In this document: positions 14,742 through 22,937 of the stretch, piece after piece
Layout of the letters: each line of letters starts with the position of its first letter
How positions within the stretch are numbered: position 1 is the stretch's first letter
IMG/VR virus record: IMGVR_UViG_3300031566_000003
From: a virus
DNA length: 64,000 bases
Strand: one strand, 5' to 3'
The notes under the pieces: generated by a model
Told to the model about the DNA's origin: nothing
The model's input: the letters and a program-made list of their open reading frames with translations, nothing else
Databases searched by the model: none
Position numbers and translations under genes: made by a program

Positions 14742-15227
14742 TCACGTTATTCTTTTCATTAAGATACCTAACTTCCTTACCTGTTTCATGTCATCCATAC
14801 GATCCAGTTTAAGACCTGCCTTGCGACAAGTAGCATATACATTGATTCCATAGCCCTCAATTATTGAATGATAGTTCCTCAACCTCTTTAATCTTTTAAA
14901 GTCCTCTATCCGTCTTCCTAATTTCCCATCTACTCCACGCTGCCAGTAGAGTAGATTTCTGCATTGCACAGGTGACCAATCAGGATGCTTCTTCTTCATC
15001 CTTCTAGCTTGAGCCTCTAAGTCAAATTCTACCCAGACAATATAAACTGGAGCACTGAAATTAAAGAGCTGCGTAGCATGATATCTGTGTTTCATAGCAT
15101 ATCTACAAGCTTCAACATTCGGACATCCGCGCTTATGCCTAGGATAAAAGAGTCCACACCACTTGTTTGATGTCTTGAGAGAAACTGTTTTTACAGATTC
15201 TCCGCTTATCTCTATAAAGTTTATCAT
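14742..15227 (-). CDS. hypothetical basic protein (161 aa from the ATG at 15227)
   Basis: ATGA overlap with the upstream ORF; AGGAGG SD. Confidence 0.65.
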   Translation of the reverse strand: MINFIEISGESVKTVSLKTSNKWCGLFYPRHKRGCPNVEACRYAMKHRYHATQLFNFSAPVYIVWVEFDLEAQARRMKKKHPDWSPVQCRNLLYWQRGVDGKLGRRIEDFKRLKRLRNYHSIIEGYGINVYATCRKAGLKLDRMDDMKQVRKLGILMKRIT

Positions 15228-15436
15228 CCTCCTTCTCCTTTCTGTTCTTTTAGTTGCATCATCCAGTAGAAAGGAGTACAATTCCCTTCTGTACATGGTC
15301 TGTAGAATTGAGAATAAGAGTTTTCCGACATAGTAGGATCAGGAACAGTTCTTAACAAAGTACAGTGATAGTCCTCACCACACAAATCCTCTTTCCTCGA
15401 TGGACAACTTTTCACATATAACTTTTTCCAGCTCAT
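15224..15436 (-). CDS. hypothetical Cys-rich protein (70 aa)
   Basis: GGGAGGAG SD. First gene downstream of the repeat island. Confidence 0.55.
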   Translation of the reverse strand: MSWKKLYVKSCPSRKEDLCGEDYHCTLLRTVPDPTMSENSYSQFYRPCTEGNCTPFYWMMQLKEQKGEGG

Positions 15437-15454
15437 TTTACTCCTCCCTGGCCT

Positions 15455-16740
15455 TACATATCTTTGCTCTACTTCGCTTTGCCTCCGCTCCGCTTTACTC
15501 TGAGAAACAATGCCTATGCTCTACGGAACCCGACTCTGCATCACATTGCCAAAGCTTTACGAACCCGAACTATGCCAACGCAAAGCTTTACAAGACTGGA
15601 CTATGCCGATGCCGTTCCAAGCCGTACCAAACTAAACCAAGCCGTTGCGATGTCGTACTGAGCCAAACTCTGCCCATGCTTGACTATGCTTGTCTAAACT
15701 CTGCCTCTGCAAGACTATACCTGTCCACACTTTACTCCGCCATCGCCTATACCGTTGCGATACTATACTGAGCTAAACTCTGCCATAGCTCTGCTACTCC
15801 AAACCCTGCGGGTCCAAACTCCGCCATCACCCAGCATCACCTTGTCTCACCCTTCAGTACTTCACGTCGCCTTTGCCCTGCCGAATCTTACACGACTTTG
15901 CCATAGCGCTACTGAACCTAGTTTCACAGTGCTATGCCTTTGCTGCACTTTGCTTTGTGGAACTACGCCTCCGCCATACCAAACATTTCATTACTTAGGT
16001 AGACTTTGCCACCGCCTTGCCTTTCGGTGCGCTATCTCGCAACGCCTTCGCGTTACAGTGTCTAACCAGACTTTACCCGACTATGCCGATGCTATACACC
16101 GTAAAACCGGACTCTGCCGGTGCTTAACGACTCCGCACCTAACAACGCGCCACCGAAGCTGTACTACACCACTCCATTCCATGCCTCTGCTGATCTATAC
16201 CACGCTTTTCTATACCCATGCTTCTCGCCGCCATACTCTGCCTTTGCCCTATTGAACCTTACCCGACTTTGCCAACGCATTGCATGTCTATACTGAGCGC
16301 GACGACACCATCGCATCGCACCATTTCGCGTAACATGACTTAGCCAACGCATTGCTGAAATATACTAATCCTAACGTCGCCAACGCTTTGCCCAATTCCA
16401 CCTCACTTCGCCACCGCCATTCAGTGCACCTCCTCGCAATGCCTTTGCACCTCATAACATAACTTATCGCCACCGTTGCGATTCTATGCCTTTCTTTACT
16501 CTACTGCGCCCTTGCAATTCACTGTAGGACTTTACCTCGCCTTGCCTCCGCTCTGCTCTACCGCACGACTCACCGCCAACGCAATACTAGTCTATGCAAG
16601 ACTATGCCGGTGCGTGATCAAGCGTCACCCCGCTGTGCCTTTGCCTCGCTCCGCTGTGCCTATGCAAAGAACTGCCCTGCTTGACTTTGCCTATGCTTGA
16701 CTTAGCAATTCTTAGCGCTACCCGACATTGCCACTGCGAT
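15455..16740. repeat. ORF-free GC-rich, C>G-skewed island of degenerate 15/16-nt units (RACTNTGCCNNNGC) with 31-nt and 111-nt higher-order copies
   Basis: No convincing ORF on either strand. Hand counts for the rows starting at 15661, 16081 and 16381 give C=19/21/27 and G=9/12/7 per 60 nt. TGCC occurs roughly three dozen times. The 111-nt duplication is 15641 versus 15752. Confidence 0.85.
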
Positions 16741-17428
16741 TTTTCGGGATACCTGACATTACCTTTGCCTTTACTTTCCTCTTCTTCACGACCGTTGGGG
16801 TCTGCTCCTTAGGACTAAGAATTCTAAAAGCACCAAATCCGCCAGAACCTCGCCATTCCCCAACACCTACCAATTCTCCATATTCCATGCACATATTAAT
16901 CACTTCCATCGTGATCCGGCCACCAGCCAGGAGCGCAACCGTAAAGGAGAATCTTGTTCCAGCATTAACATAGTCCGATCTCTTAAGAGCTATCCTCGGG
17001 CCATCCTTGGTCATAAAACGGATAGATCTTTCAAGGGTTCCATCCGGCACCATCTTACCGAAATGAATTCTCCTTGGTTCAATGAACACCAATCTATCCG
17101 TCCATTTTTTATAAGCTTTAAACGCAGTTGCAGTGAGTTTCTTTATCTCTATCAAGGTTCCAATCGCTTCTTTTATGAAGCCTTTGATCTGGTAATTGTA
17201 AAGAAACAAGCCCTCTTCATCTCTGTGAAAGGTGCTCCAGCCTTTTTCTTCCAAGTCTACCATTGTTGCAAGTTCCTCTTCTTCATTTGCCTCTTTCTCT
17301 TCGGCTGGTATTTTCAGTTCTTTCATCTTAGCCAAGATGAATTTAGCATACACATCTTTTCCCATCGGGACCGTTCCCAAAGCCATCTCTAAAAGTTCAA
17401 CATCATACCTCTTCCTTTCTAGTTCCAT
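16718..17428 (-). CDS. RAMP-like (Csm3/Cmr4/Cas7-like) protein candidate with a basic tail (236 aa from the ATG at 17428)
   Basis: The CDS itself is secure (AAGGAGGAG SD). The family call is motif-level only: YQIKGFIKEA (cf. SS[IL]KG..R), DYVNAGTRFSFTVALL (cf. E.V..G..F.F.I) and a C-terminal Gly-rich loop GVGEWRGSGGFGAF (cf. GhG-x5-GhG). It needs a profile or structure search. Confidence 0.4.
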   Translation of the reverse strand: MELERKRYDVELLEMALGTVPMGKDVYAKFILAKMKELKIPAEEKEANEEEELATMVDLEEKGWSTFHRDEEGLFLYNYQIKGFIKEAIGTLIEIKKLTATAFKAYKKWTDRLVFIEPRRIHFGKMVPDGTLERSIRFMTKDGPRIALKRSDYVNAGTRFSFTVALLAGGRITMEVINMCMEYGELVGVGEWRGSGGFGAFRILSPKEQTPTVVKKRKVKAKVMSGIPKNRSGNVG

Positions 17429-17678
17429 TTTCTCTCCTCCTTGAGTTTTGGGCAACAATCGTTGCCAGTTTACTTTCCTTCTCCTCTTTTCTTTCATTTA
17501 TAAGCTTCATAATCCCCAAAACAACTTCTTCCTGTTGGTCCATAGAGAGAGCTTTAAATTCTCTAATCTTTTGCATAACCCTATACAGCCGATCTGTTAA
17601 GGATTGTTTTTCAATTTTTCCTGGAATTCCCGCCAGAAACCTTTTAAATTCAGCCCTGTCATTTTCCTTTTCATTCAT
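17403..17678 (-). CDS. hypothetical protein, paralog of 17692-17877
   Basis: Shared GIPG, R.Y, EF..LSMD.Q.E.VL and LI.E blocks. Confidence 0.65.
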   Translation of the reverse strand: MNEKENDRAEFKRFLAGIPGKIEKQSLTDRLYRVMQKIREFKALSMDQQEEVVLGIMKLINERKEEKESKLATIVAQNSRRRENGTRKEEV

Positions 17679-17691
17679 TTTTTCCTTCCTC

Positions 17692-17877
17692 CTACTCCTT
17701 TATAAGCTCAACTACTTTAAGAACAATTTCTCCCTGGCGATCCATTGAAAGAGAATTAAACTCAGGAATTCCTCGCAAGCATTTATACACTCTTTCCTTG
17801 ATAGGATACATTTTCAATCCTCCTGGAATTCCCATTACAATTTTCTGCCAATCAATTCTTTCTAAATCTCTACCCAT
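17692..17877 (-). CDS. hypothetical protein, paralog of 17403-17678
   Basis: See 17403-17678. Confidence 0.6.
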   Translation of the reverse strand: MGRDLERIDWQKIVMGIPGGLKMYPIKERVYKCLRGIPEFNSLSMDRQGEIVLKVVELIKE

Positions 17878-17892
17878 TTTCTTTCCTCCAAG

Positions 17893-18222
17893 CTAACTTT
17901 CTGGCTTTATCTCTTCCCACCCTGTATTTTGCACTTTAAAGTATTTATCTTCTTGTTCATCATGGAGAACATCGCCTACAGACATTGAAGTATGCTTTAA
18001 TCCAAGTTCTCTAATCAGAAGACGACCTTCTCCATGAGGAGACCAGACTTCTCCTTGCATGAACATATATGCTTCTTCTAAATCCTGGGCTACTACAGAA
18101 CGAACAAAAACATGGGTATCAACTAAAGTCTCTAAAGACAATTTTTGATCTCCCATTATACTTTCGCTGAAGTTCTTACTATACAAGGCCCTAAACTTTC
18201 TTCTTCCTGTTTCTAGATCCAT
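17893..18222 (-). CDS. hypothetical protein (109 aa)
   Basis: Packed ORF. Confidence 0.6.
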   Translation of the reverse strand: MDLETGRRKFRALYSKNFSESIMGDQKLSLETLVDTHVFVRSVVAQDLEEAYMFMQGEVWSPHGEGRLLIRELGLKHTSMSVGDVLHDEQEDKYFKVQNTGWEEIKPES

Positions 18223-18223
18223 A

Positions 18224-18406
18224 TTAGCTCCATTTCTTTAACTTCCTATAAGAACGTGCCTCCCACCCATCAGTAGGATGAGCAAACCCTTCTATCTTTC
18301 TTTCTACATAAATTAACCAGGCCCATCTGTACTTTGTCCCATCCTTCATTTTAACTGGATACCAAGCAAACCACCTATCCCATTCCAGAGCTCCAGTTTT
18401 TTCCAT
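18224..18406 (-). CDS. hypothetical Trp-rich protein (60 aa)
   Basis: Packed ORF, 1 nt from its neighbour. Confidence 0.5.
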   Translation of the reverse strand: MEKTGALEWDRWFAWYPVKMKDGTKYRWAWLIYVERKIEGFAHPTDGWEARSYRKLKKWS

Positions 18407-18424
18407 ATCCTTTCCTTTCCTCTT

Positions 18425-18697
18425 TTAGTTAGGATTACAATAAGTCTGCGGCCTAGTCCCAACCCTACACCCACACTTTCTATCTTTAATGAAGCCACCA
18501 CAATTCGCACAGAATTGAGACCATAGAAGTTTTAAATGTTTCTGTCTCTTTTCGGGATCTGATAAATCTTGTGCCGGAATCTTTGAATATAACTCATTAG
18601 CCTTCTCCACATTAGCAGCTCCATGTAAATACAAAGTAGAACCGACATCAACCAACTTTTTGCATTCCCAACAAAAAGTGACCTGATATACATTCAT
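18425..18697 (-). CDS. hypothetical Zn-ribbon protein (90 aa)
   Basis: CWEC...CANCGG...CGC Cys pairs. Confidence 0.6.
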   Translation of the reverse strand: MNVYQVTFCWECKKLVDVGSTLYLHGAANVEKANELYSKIPAQDLSDPEKRQKHLKLLWSQFCANCGGFIKDRKCGCRVGTRPQTYCNPN

Positions 18698-18710
18698 TAT
18701 CTTTCCTCCT

Positions 18711-18908
18711 TTATTTTTTATTATCTTTTGATCCTACTAAGCCCTTGCTCATAAGCAATGCTTCTATAGCAACTAACCCAGGCCGAGTCAATCTGGGGAA
18801 TTCACTTCTTAACACAATGCACACAGGAGCAGCAGCACCGTATGGACCAACTAGCTTATCCATTATTGATTCAATAAGTTGTTCCTTTGTTCTTCTTTTC
18901 TGGCTCAT
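18711..18908 (-). CDS. hypothetical protein (65 aa)
   Basis: Packed ORF. Confidence 0.5.
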   Translation of the reverse strand: MSQKRRTKEQLIESIMDKLVGPYGAAAPVCIVLRSEFPRLTRPGLVAIEALLMSKGLVGSKDNKK

Positions 18909-18921
18909 CTTGGCCCTCCTA

Positions 18922-19311
18922 TCAGTTAAAGTCTTTAAGCATAGCTTTTTTCATGGGCACCCAATCAATTTCCTTCCAAGCCTTTATCTCTTCTGGAAAA
19001 TCGGTAGTATCTTTCTGTGCCATGACTTTGGCTATCTTACAGTCAAAGCAAGCTATAGTCACAAAAGCAAATCCACTTCCTACGACTAATAGCCCATTTG
19101 TAAAAAGACCACCGCATGATGGGCATTTTTCTTGCGTTTCAACATCAAGCGTAGAAGCTACTAATAAAAAAGTACCTGTTGGAGAATGAGAGATGAACCT
19201 AACTTCGCCTTTTTCATCTCCAGGAACAGGTGCTTCTGAATCACTAGCTATCATTTTGCATTGAATAATTTGCAAATCTTCCATTGGATATCTTTTCCCA
19301 TCCTCAAACAT
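18922..19311 (-). CDS. hypothetical Zn-ribbon-like protein, paralog of 6624-7040
   Basis: See 6624-7040. Confidence 0.7.
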   Translation of the reverse strand: MFEDGKRYPMEDLQIIQCKMIASDSEAPVPGDEKGEVRFISHSPTGTFLLVASTLDVETQEKCPSCGGLFTNGLLVVGSGFAFVTIACFDCKIAKVMAQKDTTDFPEEIKAWKEIDWVPMKKAMLKDFN

Positions 19312-19411
19312 GTTTTACCTCCTTCAAAAGCTTTTTACCTTTATAATAAGCGCATATACACAATTTAATATAGGACTAATAGGATTACAAGCTTTTTTAA
19401 ACGCTCTAGAA

Positions 19412-19837
19412 TCATTTTTTTCTAAGAGTTGCACGAACCTCCATTAGAATTTTGCCTAAGTTATTTTCTCCTCTTCCTTTAAAGATTCCCCAAAAGGTAT
19501 CTTTATAATTATTTCCTTCTATTAACTCTTTCTCTCCCGTTGAAAGAAGAAGCTGTCCCAATTTCGTATTGCGTTGAAATTTCTGTGACACGAGAGATGT
19601 CATAACATCAATCCTCCGATTTAGCCAGCCTGGTCTTTGAGTGACTCTCTTACCAGCTCTCTTAGCTCTCCCAGGAGTAGGACAAGCTAAAATCTCCATT
19701 CTCTCTTCTAGGTCTAGAGTCTTAGCTGCCTGAAACGCATGCTCCAGTGTAGGATATTTTATTCCGTCAAGAATAATAGGGGTAGGATAGAAATTTGAAA
19801 GAAAGAAAAATCTTCCTCGAAAGTATTTAACAGTCAT
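19412..19837 (-). CDS. NADAR (YbiA/DUF1768) family protein
   Basis: FFFLSNFYP..I.LDGIKYPTLEHAFQAAK and WG...G.N.LG..LM..R blocks typical of the family. Confidence 0.75.
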   Translation of the reverse strand: MTVKYFRGRFFFLSNFYPTPIILDGIKYPTLEHAFQAAKTLDLEERMEILACPTPGRAKRAGKRVTQRPGWLNRRIDVMTSLVSQKFQRNTKLGQLLLSTGEKELIEGNNYKDTFWGIFKGRGENNLGKILMEVRATLRKK

Positions 19838-19838
19838 T

Positions 19839-20045
19839 TTATTCCTCCAACCTTTGATCTGATAAAGGGCTTGTCATCTTATAAGAATAAATTGGATAAT
19901 TTGGGTAAAACTTATCTCTTTCTCTTCTTGCAATATGTAAGGAAAACTCAGTATCCATAATTGCACATTCAGCAGGATCTAAAGTATATGCTCTTTGGTC
20001 ATAAATAATATAGAGTCTTTCTTCTTCTTTTTTCTTTTTCCCCAT
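19839..20045 (-). CDS. hypothetical protein (68 aa)
   Basis: Packed ORF. Confidence 0.5.
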   Translation of the reverse strand: MGKKKKEEERLYIIYDQRAYTLDPAECAIMDTEFSLHIARRERDKFYPNYPIYSYKMTSPLSDQRLEE

Positions 20046-20069
20046 TATTCCCTCTCGTTATTTCTTCCT

Positions 20070-20534
20070 CTATTCCCATTGAAATAGGCCAATATAATAA
20101 TGCTTTCCATCAATATGGCCACCAGAAACAGCAATTATTGGATCCTGTCTTTTTACAAAAACTACTGCTTTTTTTGCGGATCCATCAGGTAACTTAGTCA
20201 ATATATCTGGAGGAATATTGCCAACAAATTTTGTCAGTTTAATCTTTCTCCAGTAATTGCTCTTTCCAACGAGACCATTCTCAGAAACGTAAGCCAAATT
20301 AACTTCTTTATCACAGTCCTTCCATCCACATCCCTTAAATAATCTGAATCCTTGTTGAGCAAGAAGAGTAGCTATAACAGCACGTTTACACCGACTCTGT
20401 AACATCTTAACCTTCTTCCACATACCTACTCGTCTATACTCATCAATTTCAGTTTGTAATTCTCCAATAATAGGAAATGATACCTGGGAAAAATCGCCTC
20501 TCTTAATTAAATCAAGACTCATTACATTAATCAT
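20070..20534 (-). CDS. hypothetical protein (154 aa)
   Basis: Packed ORF. Confidence 0.65.
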   Translation of the reverse strand: MINVMSLDLIKRGDFSQVSFPIIGELQTEIDEYRRVGMWKKVKMLQSRCKRAVIATLLAQQGFRLFKGCGWKDCDKEVNLAYVSENGLVGKSNYWRKIKLTKFVGNIPPDILTKLPDGSAKKAVVFVKRQDPIIAVSGGHIDGKHYYIGLFQWE

Positions 20535-20548
20535 ACTTCTCTCCTTTC

Positions 20549-20788
20549 TTAAAAGATTTCTTTGTGTTTAGAATGTTCTACTTCACAAGCTGCTGACCAA
20601 AGCGCTGTGATTTCAAACCAAAGAAAAGCTGCGATCATAGGAATATCTTCTTGTAAGTCAGCAATCTTAGCAGCTTTTCTCAACATATCAGCGAATGGTT
20701 TTTGCAACTTGGCAAGATCTTCTGCAAATGCATCGCCAAGTTCACCTGCATAGCTCGAAAGTACATCATGTTTTTCATTAAAAGGCAT
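20549..20788 (-). CDS. hypothetical protein (79 aa)
   Basis: Packed ORF. Confidence 0.55.
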   Translation of the reverse strand: MPFNEKHDVLSSYAGELGDAFAEDLAKLQKPFADMLRKAAKIADLQEDIPMIAAFLWFEITALWSAACEVEHSKHKEIF

Positions 20789-20815
20789 TATTCTCCCTCC
20801 GCATCAAGCTTTTTC

Positions 20816-21187
20816 TTAATCAATAAAGATTTGAGGGATCTTATCCACAAGGTCGACTGCTGCATCCCATTTTTCTTGTGCTGAAAGCTCTGACATTTTA
20901 GATTTTACATAATTCACATAGTCCGTTGCCTGAATCCATGCCAGCTTCCCGTCTTCAGGATTTCTAACAATCACCCTGAATCCATCACAGACACCAAGAA
21001 TTTCCACTTCGCTAGAACCAAAAGGCCAAGAGTGTAGATTTTCTCGTAAGCTTCCTAATATAAAAATCTTCTGGGGCAATTGTTCAACAAACTTTTTCTT
21101 AATAACCAGAACAGTTATCACTTCTGGATTAGTGATTAGCGAATGTTCTTTGAAAAAGGGTACTGTATAGATTGTCATTGGGTTCAC
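20816..21187 (-). CDS. hypothetical protein (123 aa)
   Basis: Packed ORF. Confidence 0.6.
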   Translation of the reverse strand: MNPMTIYTVPFFKEHSLITNPEVITVLVIKKKFVEQLPQKIFILGSLRENLHSWPFGSSEVEILGVCDGFRVIVRNPEDGKLAWIQATDYVNYVKSKMSELSAQEKWDAAVDLVDKIPQIFID

Positions 21188-21195
21188 CTCCTTTC

Positions 21196-21579
21196 TTATT
21201 TAGATTTCTTATATATGTCAATCACATCAATTGCTTTATTCCATTCATCCAATGAATCCATCTTCATCACCCCAAAAATCTCCGGAATCTTTTTTGGATT
21301 AGTCATGACCCTAAATGCTTCGCTAACTGTTCTACAAAAGAATCCTGAAGAGACATTCACTCTTCCATTCATATAGCCATTAAGCAAAGAACAAGTTACA
21401 GCCTTTCTGTATTTAGGAGGAACTTTTGCCTCAACAACTGCGGAAAGAATTTTTCTGTAATTGCCGCTTTTCCCGCCAAAATATACCATGAGTCCTTTTG
21501 TTTTGCTAGAGAATTTAGTTTTAATCCCTGAACTAGCCAGTAAATCATCTAACTCTACACCTTGGTTTTTTCCTTTCAC
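21196..21579 (-). CDS. hypothetical protein, paralog of 11564-11962
   Basis: See 11564-11962. Confidence 0.75.
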   Translation of the reverse strand: MKGKNQGVELDDLLASSGIKTKFSSKTKGLMVYFGGKSGNYRKILSAVVEAKVPPKYRKAVTCSLLNGYMNGRVNVSSGFFCRTVSEAFRVMTNPKKIPEIFGVMKMDSLDEWNKAIDVIDIYKKSK

Positions 21580-21600
21580 TTTTCTTCTCCTTCCTATTTT

Positions 21601-22002
21601 TTATTTTGAGTAAAATAACGTGACATACTTGTCTTTATGTTTTTCTGCCAACCACTTCTTGCCAACATAGCAAGAATGTGCATTCATCCATGTGTCCCAT
21701 CTTTTCCAAGTACCCCTTTCAAAACGAGTACAAGTTACCACCTTTCGTTCTGGAACAAGAGTAAAGCAATACCAGTATTGTCCGCAGTCGTAATAGATAG
21801 AATTGTCAGTGAAGGCCCATTTAATCAAGTTGTTTGCAATATCGCCCTCAAATGCTTCAATGGCCTTTAGCCCCCTAGCATCAAAAAACTTTTCCTCCAT
21901 ATAAGACAATCTGTTTTCAGCAGTGAACAAAGCGGTAAAAGTTTGAGCATCTTTAAAAAACACTCTGCTTCCAGCCCCCTTTTCTTCAACACTTGCTTCC
22001 AT
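21601..22002 (-). CDS. hypothetical protein (133 aa)
   Basis: GGAGG SD. Downstream of the promoter at 22052-22080. Confidence 0.65.
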   Translation of the reverse strand: MEASVEEKGAGSRVFFKDAQTFTALFTAENRLSYMEEKFFDARGLKAIEAFEGDIANNLIKWAFTDNSIYYDCGQYWYCFTLVPERKVVTCTRFERGTWKRWDTWMNAHSCYVGKKWLAEKHKDKYVTLFYSK

Positions 22003-22051
22003 TGCCTAACCTCCTTCTACTGTTTATTACCTTATTAAGTATTACGCATAC

Positions 22052-22080
22052 ACAATAATACATAGAACAATAGAATACAA
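22052..22080 (-). promoter_or_regulatory. sigma70-like promoter TTGTAT-17-TATTGT
   Basis: -35 at 22075-22080, -10 at 22052-22057, A-tract upstream. The leader is near-identical in layout to the one at 12012-12040. Confidence 0.55.
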
Positions 22081-22428
22081 GTGTTTTTTTTGCCTTAGAT
22101 GCTTTTTTTTTGAATCGGTGAATCCGCGCTCTTCTTTCCTGTCTGAGATCTTTACTATCACAAACTTCTAAAAAAGATTTTTGTTCGTAGATCGACTGAC
22201 TCGAAGAGTAGATTTTAAAAAGATTTTGGCCGGAAGAATTAGAGTGGAGAAAGAGAAAAGGTAACAAAAAAATAGGTGGCACAAAATGGGATGCGCTAAA
22301 GTTTTTTAGCTTTATCAGAGCATCTATCATCCTCGAAGCCAGCTCTGTTGGAATTTTAAGGGCCAAGTTAAGGGGCATTAATCCTAGACCGCCCTTCTTA
22401 ATTTTCTTGAAAGCTTCTTCATAAAGAA

Positions 22429-22686
22429 CTAGGGGATGGGATTTAAGATCTCAGTTTTTGTTTCCTTTTTCTTTATTCCTCTTCCTTGATTCAAGAGCTT
22501 TTTAACTTTTTCAGGGAGACTTTCCCTCAGCCAAGCTATTCTCTCTTTCATGATTTTTTGACCTTCGGCAGGAAGTTTTTTTGAATATTCATTCCAATCT
22601 CTAAGAATACTTAATTTTTCTTTTGCTGAAAGCTCTAACAATATCTTATCAATTTTTTCCTTTGAAATTCCCATACGCTTCTTCAA
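22429..22686 (-). CDS. hypothetical Lys-rich protein (85 aa); first gene of the minus-strand block
   Basis: ORF next to the divergent intergenic region. Confidence 0.55.
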   Translation of the reverse strand: MKKRMGISKEKIDKILLELSAKEKLSILRDWNEYSKKLPAEGQKIMKERIAWLRESLPEKVKKLLNQGRGIKKKETKTEILNPIP

Positions 22687-22837
22687 GCCCCTGTTTTGTT
22701 TTTATGTATTATACTTTTTTCGCATATACTAATTTCATAGCAAAATAGTTCCCAAAAAGCTTTAAAACGCCCCTATATACTAATATAAAGGTATAGATTT
22801 AATTCAACCCTTTTCGGATTTGAGATAAAAAAAAGCC

Positions 22838-22866
22838 TTGTAATCGCCTAAAGGTTTTGTTATGCT
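22838..22866 (+). promoter_or_regulatory. sigma70-like promoter TTGTAA-17-TATGCT for the plus-strand block
   Basis: -35 at 22838-22843 and -10 at 22861-22866, preceded by A8. Confidence 0.6.
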
Positions 22867-22937
22867 ATTAATGCTTATAAGAAAGCAGTATAATTTAAAA
22901 ATAAAATCAACACCAATAGCAGAGGAGGATAGTAAAA

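Noticed and set aside
15991-16473. Possible TAG-recoded (code 15-like) gene hidden in the repeat island. In one minus-strand frame the only stops over about 130 codons are five TAGs.
   Set aside because: I translated it by hand. The frame then hits TAA at 15991-15993. The peptide is R/W/C/G-rich nonsense (for example ...WRWRSEVELGKALATLG...RGMEWSGVVQLRWRVVRCG...). The TAGs simply reflect the CTA inside the repeated GACTATGCC motif. In addition, the upstream gene's TAG stop (16718) is followed two codons later by TAA.
15400-16700. Plus- and minus-strand ORFs inside the island (15400-15771, 15464-15661, 15755-16255, 16164-16352, 16288-16473 and 16476-16700).
   Set aside because: The translations are repeat-driven low complexity (LCRC, DYADA and AMRW motifs). 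Frames switch repeatedly, several use non-ATG starts, and none has an SD.
21986-22378. ORF 21986-22378 (130 aa) on the gene strand.
   Set aside because: It runs through the well-formed promoter and leader of 21601-22002 and overlaps that gene's start. Its sequence is low-complexity and hydrophobic, so it is likely spurious, though a shorter upstream peptide cannot be excluded.
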